Below are positions 23,731 to 36,310 of a stretch of DNA of 64,000 nt, piece by piece (the stretch's first letter is position 1; every line of letters begins with the position of its first letter). Below the pieces are notes generated by a model, which was not told the DNA's origin, did not search any database, and worked only from the letters and a program-made list of their open reading frames with translations. Position numbers and translations under genes: made by a program. The stretch lies in NCBI GenBank assembly GCA_910592345.1, contig CAJVPI010000009.1, forward strand, positions 1 through 64,000, given 5' to 3'. This DNA is from Paraglomus brasilianum (taxonomy: Eukaryota).

Positions 23731-26102
23731 AAGTTATGGCGTAATGCAAGGACGAGTTGAAGAATGTAAAGAGGAGAACGAGCGAGTATGAGGGAAGGGG
23801 GAGGAGGGGGCGGCAGCGTGAATATTGAATGAGCGGAGATTATATGTTGTGGATATGAAATGCGTAAGTGTTTTGCGTGTGTATCAAATCTATCGATTTT
23901 TTTTTCTCGTGAGTCAAAGAGTGCATACAAGTTGTGTGTGTAATGCAAGTATTTTTTAAGCTGATAGGCGGTAGGCTGCGTTCGAGTTTGGGGTTTGGAT
24001 TATTTATCAGTAAAATTCCGTTTGGTTGCACCAAAGAATAAGTTGTGTTTGATTCTAATAAATATCTGGGCATTGTTATTATACTGTAACACGTAATAAA
24101 TTGATACAACGACTTTTTTATGTGACTAGCGTATTCATTATGATTATGATATATTGGATATTAATAATTTGGCAGATCAGCGACATCATCGATTGCTAAC
24201 GATAATAGTCATTACCAACATAGTTACTGTTGATGTGGCATTAAAATCTGCAACAATACATTGTTACTGTACTGGTAATAGTAAACCATTATAGTTGTTC
24301 TTTATGTCCACTCTTTAAACCCATCTTCTTGTTTGTCGTCGCCCGCTCTCATTTGACATGTTGATGATTACTTAGCATTGCATATAATAATAGATTAACT
24401 CGAACACGTGTGAATCGAAAAACGAATAATGCCTAAATTACTGTTCTAGAATTATGTACTGTCACGTGATCTCCATTGATGTATCTTATCTTACTATTAC
24501 GAACTTTATACAAACAATTTATGTTACATAAGCATCTAGTATAAATATTTGCAATAAAATCCTTGCCAGGAGAAAAGAAGAGAAAAAAGTGAGGGATGTG
24601 AGGGATGTGATGTGAGAATGAAAAACAAAAAAAAAACTGTCTTGTGTTCAGCATCGTTAGCTTATTATTAATACAGACGGGACATTTTTGTGAATCTGAT
24701 TTGTTCCACTCGTGTACACAGTTAGTACAGTTAGTGCTTAGCTAATATATGCTGATACATATCGAATATGTCAGATGTCATTAAGTTGCGAAATGGAAAC
24801 AATTTTAGTATAGACCCAGAAGGATTAGTGACATGGAGATGGAAAAACTCTTGGACCAAAGGAGTAAAACCTTCCGACCACATTAGCCCAACTTGACACT
24901 TGTATAAGAATATTCGTTATCGGTTAGGCTTTCTAGTATTGATTAAGGCTACAGGCCTTACATAAAGTTTTGTACTACACATTCAATGTCGGGGAAATAT
25001 ACAGTAAACATTGAAATATGAAACTCTATCATTGGGCTGTGCGTTGCAATCTGTGTGCGTATGTGTGTGCGTATATGTGTGTGCGAGCGAGCGAGTGAGA
25101 GAGAAAGAGATACCAAAATCTACAGCTGCCACAACTTCTCCAACTGCCACAATCGAAAGCGGTAATGCATATTCAAGTATAGACGACGGGCTGATTTTTT
25201 AGCAGATGCAAGCAGGCGGCGAATAAGACGATTGTCCGCATTGCATATTCCATAAACGGTGACATATGTATGACCATAGTCTATTTACGCATATTGCAAC
25301 ATACTAATAAGAATAACAAAGCGTATATAACCAATTGATTACCGCTTCTAATTGGCACCTTTACAATCAAGTAATCACCGTTGTTATTTCTCCGTATACC
25401 TCCTCCACCAGTAATCTCGGATACAATAGGGGTGCACACACCCTAATAATACACATGTTCGGCGGCAGTTTATTCACTGTGATGTTTTCTTTATTAATCT
25501 GTACGACTTCTTGGCAATTTCTAATTGTTCGATGACATAATAATTGTCGGGGATTTCTAATATTTGACTATAAGACTTGTGTCACTATTAATACAAATGG
25601 ATCCCTATCCCCGTGATTGTATTCCTGAATGCGAGCGAGTTATGGCTTCTACCTCTATTGTCACTATGATGTTGTCGGTATAATATTATGTCTTGTTAAC
25701 ATTGTGCTATTAGTTGCGTTCGTATTTATATTTAGTAGTAGTATGTTTATTAAACGCTCCCACACACCAACTTTACTGTTGAAACAACCTATCATATTTA
25801 CGTGACACAACCGACGCCCAGTATTTCGATGTTACATGCATAACATGCCGTCCAATCGGAATATCGAAAAATGTACGAGATGTGCAAAATCGGAGTAAAT
25901 AACATTTGGGGCGTGTTCTTATTCTGCAACAAAACCAGAACAAAGCGATCACGGCGCCACAAAATGATTTCAGGGTTTCAAAACTAAAACTATTGAAACG
26001 CCACAAACTGATCTCAATAATCGGAAATTTAAATTTGTTTGACTATATTACTAATATCGGGCTAATTTAATGAAACGCAAATTTCAAAAATCATCTCTCC
26101 TA

Positions 26103-27563
26103 GAGGTAGGCTAAAGCGGAGTAGTTTATGCCACACAGCAGGTCCACAAATCAACAAAGTACCACAATCATTTGAAGCGAACAGTCGAATACAGTCAAAA
26201 CTGGATATAACGATACCTGTATAACGACGAAATTATTTAGTTATACTATTAAAACCTCGTTATTATGTATAACGATGTACCAACTATTGTAGCAATATAT
26301 TTTTATACCGATTATTGTTGTGTGACATCCACCCATGACCAATCAAATTTCGTGTATTAGTATCTCCCCGAATTTCAGATTTTCAATGTCTAATACTAAA
26401 CAAATGAACGAACTACCAGCGAAAACATCCAATATCCAAGAGAACACGCTGGACCTTTGCACAAAAAAAGGATGTGTGTGTTAAACTCTCTAGTAAGCCC
26501 AAATCTCAGGAAAAACTTGCCGAAGAATACAATTTCTGATATCTGGAAAAATAAGAAGTGGTTGGCTGTCAACTCAGAGTCAACAGAATTCAATAGAATG
26601 AGTAGTCGTAGACCAATAATAAGAAACAGTCAATGCTAGACGGTTTTGTTACCAGAATGTAGTTTGTAATATCATTAATATCATTGAATCTTTTTTTCAA
26701 TAAAACCGAACATCAAACAAGATAGATAATATCTTGTATAACGATATTTTTTCGTAACTATTATGTTATCGCTATAACGATGAAAATGTGACCTAACGAA
26801 AGTATCGTTATATCCAGTTTTGACTGTATCATGTTATACGAACTGTTTGTCTCATCATTAACTTGTTGAGAACACAAGTTACGCGTCGGTTTGGCAGTTT
26901 CAATACATCAAATTTTAACATTACAGGTATGCAGAAACTCTTTATTCGTTACTTTAGACGGGGCTGGAATAGCAATTTAAACTTCACATACAGTTAGACT
27001 TACGTTACATTTATGTTTGAGCGCGCTAGATACAACAACTCAGGTGAGACTCATGAGTTACAATCATACACTTTATTTGCTTACCACGCTGTTTGTACTT
27101 TACTTACGACGGTAATGTGACTTGAAACTGTTACAGAAAGAATAGTGCGGTTTCGAAAAGATATAAATTATCGTAACGAGAAATTTTCACATACATTTCG
27201 ATAAGAAATAAACTTTTAATAATTATAAACATATTTTATATCGTAAATTTGCATCTTTGATTTCGTTTCGATGTGACAGTATCACTCCTACACACATTTT
27301 TCATGACATATGTATGGATCCACTAAGTTGGTGACTGTTATGTCCAAAGAAAGCAGATTTGAAGTTTATGAACGGCATGAGCAAGTCACTGACTTGTTTG
27401 TATTGGAGAATTGAGGAGAGCAGTAATGAGGGTTTACGTTCTTTATTACTAGTGGTAATAAAGAAAATTTTTAGCTTATTATCACATGATTGTAATGGCA
27501 CTAATAAAGATTAGCTGATTCCTGCTGTTTGGCATGAACTACTCCGTTTAGCCTATCCCCCTC
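26103..27563. mobile_element. non-autonomous TIR element with GAG...CTC termini and TCCTA direct repeats; contains a nested pogo derivative
   Basis: taggctaaagcggagtagtttatgccacacagcagg (26107-26142) is the near reverse complement of 27521-27555; tccta at 26098-26102 and 27564-27568. Confidence 0.55.
26190..26828 (+). mobile_element. pogo/Tigger-family deletion derivative (MITE-like) with TA flanks
   Basis: Perfect tacagtcaaaactggatataacgatac / gtatcgttatatccagttttgactgta ends. Internal CENP-B-type HTH relic KRTRWTFAQKKDVC...SQEKLAEEY...TISDIWKNKKWL (26437-26570). Confidence 0.9.
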
Positions 27564-27946
27564 TCCTAAAAGAGGTTGTCACAATTGGAAAGTTCAGCTT
27601 CTTTCTTGCTTTTGCCTTTACCGGTTCCACACAAACTCGACCCGCAACTGGAAATTCCCAAATCGTATGAACTTGCACTTGTATTGAGCTGCATTCTGTA
27701 AACGCATATTATACAGCATAATATTATATTTTAATTTGACATATTTTCTCTAGTAATTATATTGCATTAATTATGATTATCGACAGTAGCTAGTGTTCTC
27801 ACAAAAAGATTGAGCCTTTGAAAAACTACACGTAAATGTAAGTGAACATGAGGTTAGATCTTAAGATCTATTATTACTATATGACGATGTAGAATAACAA
27901 TTAACACGTCAAACTTTCAGTGCTCTCTCGCAGTGCAAGAATACTG

Positions 27947-28120
27947 TTACGTATTTTTATTGTAATAATTTCTTTCTAACTTAACCAGATGTTCTTTGTA
28001 TTTTTTTTCCAGCAAGTCTTCTTTCTTGCGAGCGTTATACTGTAAGCCGTTCCGAAAACGTTGACACGTATCGCATAAATCCGTTCTTGAATTCATAATT
28101 TGAATATATGGATGGTACCA
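27947..28120 (-). mobile_element. transposase fragment, Sola-like (TDLCDxC motif)
   Basis: Open frame WYHPYIQIMNSRTDLCDTCQRFRNGLQYNARKKEDLLEKKYKEHLVKLERNYYNKNT*; family assigned from memory of the motif. Confidence 0.45.
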
Positions 28121-28145
28121 GGCTTAGCTCGTACTATTGCCCTTA

Positions 28146-28300
28146 CTACGATAGTTGTACAATTAAGACCTCAATTCATAAGCATTTTGTTTTACTCACT
28201 TCTTGGGAAGTAAATCTCGATGGCAATGATACCAACATTCTCTGGATATGATTTAGCCATTCTGATATAATGATTGAGAGAAAGGGGGGTGAGGTTCAGT
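28146..28300 (-). pseudogene. HMG-CoA synthase (ERG13-like) exon 1 plus first intron fragment
   Basis: ATG at 28260: MAKSYPENVGIIAIEIYFPR, then a GTGAGT...CGTAG intron; preceded by a pyrimidine-rich leader; unrelated sequence follows. Confidence 0.75.
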
Positions 28301-28399
28301 TGATGGTACCTGGATGCTCTTGATACAACCCCGTGACTGTATCACATGGCATAGGTTTAAATACTCGCGTTTTTCAACCTCATACTAAACGCGTTACAA

Positions 28400-28511
28400 T
28401 ACAAGAAAGAATGGCAAGATTTCACAAAGTCAAATAATGGCTTTGATAGAAAGTATGCCGCGGAGAATAGAGACTGTTATTGCAAACAATGAGGGGCCAA
28501 CAAAATACCGA
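28400..28511 (+). mobile_element. Tc1 transposase C-terminal relic
   Basis: ISQSQIMALIESMPRRIETVIANNEGPTKY, matching the Tc1 SMPRR..AVI...GGPTKY terminus. Confidence 0.78.
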
Positions 28512-29693
28512 TTTATATAGTTACTTCATTGGTTAAAGAATTATCTGTTAAAATTTTATTATTTATAATTTTGTGTAATTAAAATATAAACTCCAGCGAA
28601 TGATAAATCGTTTTGTTGTATCTAACCGTAGGCTTCGGACCGTAATACGTCTTCTTTATACACACTAGAGATAATGATCTTATATGACTCTTTCATATCT
28701 TTCCATGATTTCGGAAAGGGAATTTTCAATACAAAGGTAATAAATGCTTTTAAGTATTTGTATGTAGTCAAATCTATTCCTTTTACCGTCTACTTTTACT
28801 AATGGCCAGATCAATAAAGGTTAGAAGTAATTGCGGATTTATTTATATATTCTGATGTGTGTTTACAAACAACACGAAAATTATACACGCGTTTGTTCAA
28901 AACGAAAACAATGTTATATTGAAATTTGAAATATCATGATTATTATTATGTATAATTTTGTGTAATTAAATTTTTTCGATGTGCAAAACTTTAGTGTATG
29001 TATGTATTGATCATAACAATAATGATAAATTGCATCATAACATTATGTTAAGCGTGTATCTATATACAGTCAATTCTGTTTATAGCGGACGGGTTGGTAT
29101 AGTTCTCTGTGTCCTTCCGGAACCGGTATATGGAAAGTTTATAAGAGACCCCGTTATAAACAAAGAATTTTCATATGAAACGAACGGTGCGCAAGAATCA
29201 GTCCATCCCGTACAAAGAGATTCCGGTACTTTCAAATCAAAATACAGAATGGGTATAAATCAAAAGACCAAAAATATTGTTATTATAAATTTTATTTTAT
29301 TTCAGTGTCTTATTATTACATACCTTGAACTTCAATATCGAGAACTAGATTCAAAAAAGGTAGCGTTATCACGGGAATATTAATATAGTATACTTTACCG
29401 TACGATTCAGAAACGTTATTAATTAAACAAGGAGGTTCGATTTATCTTTAATAATGCGGAACGTCAAATCTACGATTTCGGATTCTTTCACCAACAATAA
29501 AAGTTTGGAAAAATTCTCCTCTTCCGAAGATAATAATTATTAATTTCGAAAAAGTCACTTTACTAAAGTATTCACAACCGTTTTATATAATCAACTGATT
29601 TATTCAAGTCTACTATATGACATCGTTGATAGCGATGACAATTATCAAGAGAATGGTTGCTTGCATTTGGGACATTTACAATATATAAGTTTT

Positions 29694-29943
29694 TTATATA
29701 GAATATGCAAGTAAGAGGATTATTAGAATCAACGAACTTCTCATTAATGTCACTTTTAACACAAATATAGCTTTTCTAATCAATTTCTTCTCGTTGCGAC
29801 ATCTCTTACATTCTTTGGACGGTGAGAAATATTGATTACATAAAATCGCCACAAGAATAAGTTTTATAGTAAATCCCTTTAACAGAGTCGTTGCATTTGA
29901 TACAATAATAGTCAAGACTATCAGTTGGCAATATTATTCTCAT
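29694..29943 (-). pseudogene. degenerate RING-finger-like gene
   Basis: MRIILPTDSLDYYCIKCNDSVKGIYYKTYSCGDF [frameshift] CNQYFSPSKECKRCR; upstream TATA (~30180), CT-rich leader and an intron. Confidence 0.4.
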
Positions 29944-30355
29944 ATTTTGGACATGACTCGAACATTCTTCTTTTTCTTGCAAATGATGATATGTATATAT
30001 TTATATTTATATTTATATTTATTTATTTATTTACAAATAATCAATTAAATTCATTTATTGACTAAAAATGAACATGTCAGAGTTACCATGTGAGTGAATA
30101 GTGAAGAGAGCGAAGACAATGAGATGGAGAGTAAGATTGAAAGTATGTGTAAGAGAGGGAGTGAATAACTTGAGCGCTTTTATAATATGTTCGGTGAGAC
30201 TAGTCAAGTAAACATACTCCTCAAGAACTTATTGTGAAGAAGACTGAATTGTCATGTCGCAACAGTTTGTTAAGCTTACATAATTTTTGCAATAGACTTT
30301 AGAACGTCTCGGCTTGACTCGCATAATAGGAACGCGAGTTTCCTTGTGATCAACC

Positions 30356-31052
30356 TCAACAAAAGCAGCTGATATCCTGCCTAACACTGATTGAGTATGC
30401 TGTTCTGTTGTTGGATGTTAAGCGTTTGAAAGTACCCGTTTCAGAATATGTAGGCTGCAGCTTTCTTTTGCGAATGCGCCGGATTGTTATCGTGATCGGG
30501 TGCAATAAAACTGGTGTTCCAGTTTCAATTGTATTATTTGCACGTTTTTCCGATGCATGCTCCTTGTAACGTAGCATCTGATTCGTGGCAGAGAAATAGC
30601 ATGACCTTGAGTCCATAATGACGGCATAACCCGCTTTGAAGCGGTTTTCATTGATTGTTTTATTGTCAGAAGAGGAGCAGGAACCATACATGGGTCCGAA
30701 GGGATCGATCCTCAGATGTTGAAATAGAGTGTTGGAATTGTGATCAATCATAATATCGACAAGTTGGATGATATTATTTCCATCCGGTTATATTTTGTCT
30801 AGAACATTGATGAGTCTTGAAAGGGGTGGTGTTCGACTGTACTTAATAATCTGATTCATCCTGCTGCTGCTGCTGGCTGCTGCTGCTATTATCGTCATCA
30901 TCATCGTCGACCGTGTCAGGTGAGTCATACACACAGCGCATCTTCCGATGTGTCCTATGAACTGTTGAATTTAACGTCATAATTTGTAAAGCCACGTCCG
31001 ATTGTTCGGTTAAGTCTCGAGACTCGTCCTTGCGACTGTGGAGGACGGCCAT
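30356..31052 (-). mobile_element. integrase-type (Ginger-like) transposase C-terminal relic
   Basis: IMTLNSTVHRTHRK (rve C-terminal N..H motif) and frameshifted ETGTPVL..APDHDNNPA..RKRKLQPTYSETGTF...NNRT. Confidence 0.45.
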
Positions 31053-31391
31053 GCATTATGTTAATGTTTAACATTCCGATTCTTTTATACATTCGCCACT
31101 GACGTATGCGGCGTAGCACAAACTAATGAGAGACATACAGTATACCCGAATTGTTCATTTACTCCCACGGTTGGCATTCTTCAAAAAAGACAAGCGCGAT
31201 GATATTTTCCTCTGGATTCAAATATCTTATTGATGTGATCTGATTTGACAGCATCGCAAAATACTGTAGTAGTAGGGAAGTTTTCTTGTGAAACAATAAA
31301 TAGCTTATGGATACAAATCAATCGCAGTTAATCACAAACAATCGATCGCCGCTCGTTTCGACTATTCGATTTGCACATTTATATTACAGAA

Positions 31392-32543
31392 ATGTCAACT
31401 ACTGCATCTTCCCACATGGATGATCTGATGTCAAGGATACTCTCTGATGAATCAGTATTGCGAGTAAAAGACGTTGAAAACGTACGCAGGAAAATATCTA
31501 GGATACTTGAAGGAGGAGTAGAAAAGCTACATGTAATTAGTGGTAAACGTCGTAAATGTCGGCAATTTGTAATGCTACATAGTTGTTGGCGAATGAGCAT
31601 TGATTCAGGTAAACTGCAATTATAGACTTCGATTCGACAATGACACGACATTTTAGGGAGGACATGTCTCGTAATCCAACCTGTCATCAGGTTCTGTCTT
31701 CAGGCAGGATGATGAGCCCAGAGGTATAAGGCTTTCGATCTGCTAAAATTAATACGAGCATCTGCTCAGTTTATCACTTTATACTCATCAGTTAATTGTT
31801 CCCTCCACTAATCAGTTCAAGCGAGCGACTGAAGAACTCTATAAAAAGTATTTCCCGATAGAAATGGACACCTCTCTGACTATTGAAGAAAAAATGCCCT
31901 ATATGGTTGAATGGTGGAGTAAAGCCCATGAACTAGTAATCGGGCAGAAGCTTACAAAAAATGATATCAAACAGATGCTTGTGGATACGCCGTCAAAATT
32001 AAGGGAAGGCATGGCCGAGTTAATTATACAATGTAAAGAAAAGAATATTCCGTTGCTGATATTCTCGGCTGGAGTAGGCAGTAAGTAATTGGCATTCGCA
32101 TCCACCCATATATGATCCCAAGATATTAATTGACCCTGATCGGACTTACTCTTGTAGACATTATTGAAGAACTCTTGCAAACGAACAATCTTCTCTTTCC
32201 GAACATGCACATCATATCTAACGTGATGCAATTTAACCCTGAAACAGGCATCTGTGATAGATTCAGAAAACCAGAGATTCACGTATTCAACAAGTCGGAA
32301 GTAACCGTTCGAGATCTGCCGTATCATGATACAATTGAGAACCGTCCAAACGTAATTCTGCTCGGTGATTCCGCTGGCGATCTACAAATGTCCAAAGGCA
32401 TCTCCCATGAAGTTTGTCTGACAATTGGGTTTCTTAACTTGGAAATAGAAAAGAGACTGGATGCATTCATTGAGTTGTATGATATTGTGGTTTTGTATGA
32501 TGGAGCGGCAGATGTTGTTAACTGGATTTCGGAGAAGCTATGA
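31392..32543 (+). CDS. pyrimidine 5'-nucleotidase (cN-III/NT5C3 family HAD hydrolase), 4 exons
   Basis: LHVIS|DFDSTMTR (HAD motif I), EEKMPYMVEWW, LIFSAGVG, NVILLGDSAGDLQM. Confidence 0.92.
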
Positions 32544-34428
32544 GAATAATAAATAAGAAGAATAATTTGGGATTGCTGATGGGTGCCAAAGATATTTGTG
32601 AATGTGTGACGGTAAGGGATTGTTTGTAGTTCCATTTGTCTACCTGGAAAGCAAGGAGGATGCGTGCAAGAGTTCAAGACTTTTTTTGTCTTACATTTCT
32701 ATGCAACAGCTCCGTTTTAGATCTAATGCAAGTTTGAAATTGATTGCATTGCTCCACTAAGAAACAACAAAGATTTGTAGTCTTATGCAGGTTGTTCGCG
32801 TTTATACTTCATACAAGTCACAAACACTGTTTGTGAATAAGTAGATAATATTGCTAAAAGATTATTGTTAATGGATTGCCCATTCAACGTCGAAATACCA
32901 CAGTTAAGCCTAAACTTCGAATCCTCTTTCGTCGTATCATTTTTTTATCGTCACATGATACATAATCCCACAATTTGTATACTTTATATATTTTACGCTA
33001 ATGGCGTTCAGTGAATTGCTCAAGCAAGATAATAACACTTCATCGGGACAGAGTTCTTGTACTGTGTTCTCTGTGCTTTTCGCACTTGCTGAGAGAAATT
33101 CACGACGCTGGGCACTTTGGCGGAGATCCCAATGATTACCAGAGAATCAGCACTGTGAACAGAATACGAAAACAGGCATGCCGGTGAATTATGGTGGATT
33201 CCTGCTGATCATTCATCGATTCTCGATAACAATTCGATAGGATGAATCATTAGCTTACCAGTTCAGCGGTATAAACTGGGCTTATTTCGATATTTATCAT
33301 TACTTAAAATAAGTGTGCTCCTTGGGGTATGCCGTATAGAATTGAGCAACAAAGACAAACATAGAGAACTCTTGAATATTGAAAAATGTCTTTAAGAAGA
33401 AGCAAGAAATATTGTTGTTTGACCGCACGAACGAAGGAATTATAGTTTCATTATGTAGAGAATGATTTTGTAAAAGTTCGAGCATTTGCCAACGAGATTA
33501 AGGCAAGAAATCATGTAGCAAGTCCTCGAACATGAAGAGACCATTGCAAAAATACAATGTTTAGAGAATGCGTGTATCAGTATGATAGCGCTTTGTAATA
33601 AATTTGTCTTGTTTATTGTATTACCCTTATCGTTCATATGTCAGTATTCAACATATGATTATTTACTTATTACCCATCGCCATGTTTATCGTTGTTTACC
33701 ATAACGCGCGAGAACGGACAGATTGCAACTGTAAAAGAGAATTTACATTGTTTATTGTCATGATGTATTTCAATATCAAAAAAAAGTAAAATTCTAAATT
33801 CCGACGATGCTGATAAATCTTAATTGCAATTGGAACATTATTATAATTAGCATTAATATTAATAACCCTCATCCTTCATAAGCATTTGAATACTATACTC
33901 TAATCCACCAAAAACAAGGTGGTATTAACAACAATGTTGGTCAGTTATTTGAAAAAAACAGAATTATATGACTGTGACTATATGTTTGGTAGATTATTAA
34001 TATCAACTGCGTAACCTTACTTACTATTTTACAACTTATCATTATCGCAAGCCAATGAACCAGCACGTGTTTTTAATATACGCATCTATACAACTGATTA
34101 TACAAAACCTTTCATGCTTGCGCCACAATTTTCTTGAATCGTCATTTCATTTTTATAGTTATATGTCTTGAGCAATCAAATAAGCATGTAACTGTCGAAA
34201 AACAGAGCAAAAATTTCGGATTTGCGTTCGGTCAAAGAAGTCTTAGTCCAACTTGCAAGTATACGAAATTAGACCAATATAGAAACACACTGCTATCAGT
34301 CTTAATGACGCTAATTCGCACAGAAGTTATCTCTTCTATCTATCCGTAATTCATACATTCACAATTTTTGTTATCGCTGAATTTTAATACGAAATTTCTC
34401 GCCTAGATTTCCGATTTCCATTAGAAAT

Positions 34429-34677
34429 TCACCATTCTTCTACGCTTACATCTGTTGCACAGTCTGCTTGTTCTTTTGTCAAACAACAAAACAATTGGGC
34501 ACAAAGCCCGATTATAGTTGTAGCTAATGAACCAAGAATTCCTATCACTATCCATTTACCTGCTCCTGCTAAACTTGTATGACTAATTCCAACATATATG
34601 CCATAAACTGCGAAACCTGAGGCAATCATAGTTGCTAAAATCCCGATGCATTGTATTAATGATATCCAACGCCTCAT
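34429..34677 (-). CDS. small putative two-TM membrane protein
   Basis: 82-aa ATG ORF with two hydrophobic segments and a CC motif; TATA-like element ~180 bp upstream; no recognised family. Confidence 0.35.
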   Translation of the reverse strand: MRRWISLIQCIGILATMIASGFAVYGIYVGISHTSLAGAGKWIVIGILGSLATTIIGLCAQLFCCLTKEQADCATDVSVEEW

Positions 34678-36012
34678 TTAATTTATGTATTATTGCAAAA
34701 TTTATCAATCTGCTTTATAAATCCCCCAAAAAAATCGTGGAATGCGCGAGAAAGGATTAATTGCTTTTTGGAGTTAATGGCGAGAAGATTTCGTTAATAT
34801 TCGTTCCGAACTATAAGATTGAGAAAGCGGACACCCCGAAAATCAACGAACCTTTATACGTGCCGAGCTTTTACCGGGCTGTTTTTGCGTCAATGATCGA
34901 CCCGGGTTCCCTGCCCTGTTTCTTATAAAAGGTAAGACTAACAACCCAGATGGTTATGCATGAGTTCTTAAAACTTACTAGAAGCGCTCGCTATTCTATT
35001 CTCATTGGACAAAGAACGTATTCTTTTTCGAGAAAATAGATGCTCCATTCATAAGAAAAACAAATCAACAGACCACAAACCAACAAACAAAAAGACCCCC
35101 AATGGATAGGCAGCTGTATGGTTGATTATGTTGTCTCTGTTGGCTGTACAAAGCCCCAGATCAGAGATGTGACGTCGACAAAGCGTATCAACAACAAGGA
35201 GCGAGCCTTAATAGTATACCTGCGGTTGAAAGAGGTAAGTTCGATTGATAGGGATGTCTTGTGAAATCGAAAGGGTATGAATTAATATAAAGGTTACAAT
35301 AAGTTGTGTAATGTCGTTCAAATTATATCCAACGAAGGTGATTCCACGATTAGGTCAGTACAGAAGGAAACAAATAAACAAACCATAAACAGAGGGCTAA
35401 AATGTTCTGAACACTCTCATTATCAGAATAATTATTAAAAACGGACTTTTGTGTGGCAAATACATCAACAAGACAGAAACTGACCATAGTTAATGGACGA
35501 TAAAATTCAATATTAATATGCTATGATTGGTAGTACAATAGTTTGTTTATTTCGCAAATTATTAAGCTCTAAATGGTTAGCAGCATTATGTATTTATATA
35601 CTACTATACTGTTTTCTCTATTCTATTGAGATTCTTTTTATTGTTGTGGAATACTCACCACTTATATCATCGAGATGGGTGTACACCAGCGAGCAATTAA
35701 TTAACCAGAGTCGTACTGACATGTCGCACGCGTCAATTATAACATAAAAACGTAGATATATAAGAAGCGCGACTTTCTGTTAGACTTTAGTTCTTATAAT
35801 TTATAATAAGAGTACGCTAAAACACATATTTAATTATTCGATATAATTGTAAATCATTAATCCCATATCGATTAGGACTTGTCCCGCGAATATTCTCATT
35901 GCATTGCGATTGCCATATCCTCCCAATTTTAAGCACCACCCGACTTTTGGGAAAAACAAAGATAAGCACCATCTTAATTTAAAAGAGGTTTATTACAGTG
36001 AAATTCACTTTC

Positions 36013-36310
36013 ACGGTAGTTGTTCAATTAAGACTGAATTCTAATCTACAAGTGGCCTATTTTAATTAAGTTGCGCGCTTCTTAACTCCTTATCCGAGCT
36101 TCAATCACTCGTGATTCACACACAATAGAATAATAACAACATATTTTTAATTAAACAGGACTTTCTTCGATTTGATAATTCGACTAGTCGGGTTCTGTCA
36201 CTTGTCTCTTACAAACTAATTAAATAATGTTCGTTTCTCGTTCCTCAATTAAGAGTACTAGATTAGCGGACAACTTATACAGCTTAAATGAGCCATATAG
36301 CTTGAGTGAG
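36013..36310 (+). repeat. dispersed ~300-bp repeat, copy 1
   Basis: Colinear similarity to 41970-42250 (acggtagttgttcaatt...ctcgttcctcaattaagagta...cggacaacttatacagcttaaatgag...cttgagtgag). Confidence 0.85.

Noticed and set aside
27566..27695. GTGKGKSKKEAE on the minus strand resembles a dsRNA-binding motif
   Set aside because: The in-frame context is low complexity (SSCGSSLC) and lacks the following AAxxAL helix; support is insufficient.
29065..29170. pogo-like left end (tacagtcaattctgtttatagcgg...)
   Set aside because: No matching right TIR found, so boundaries cannot be supported.
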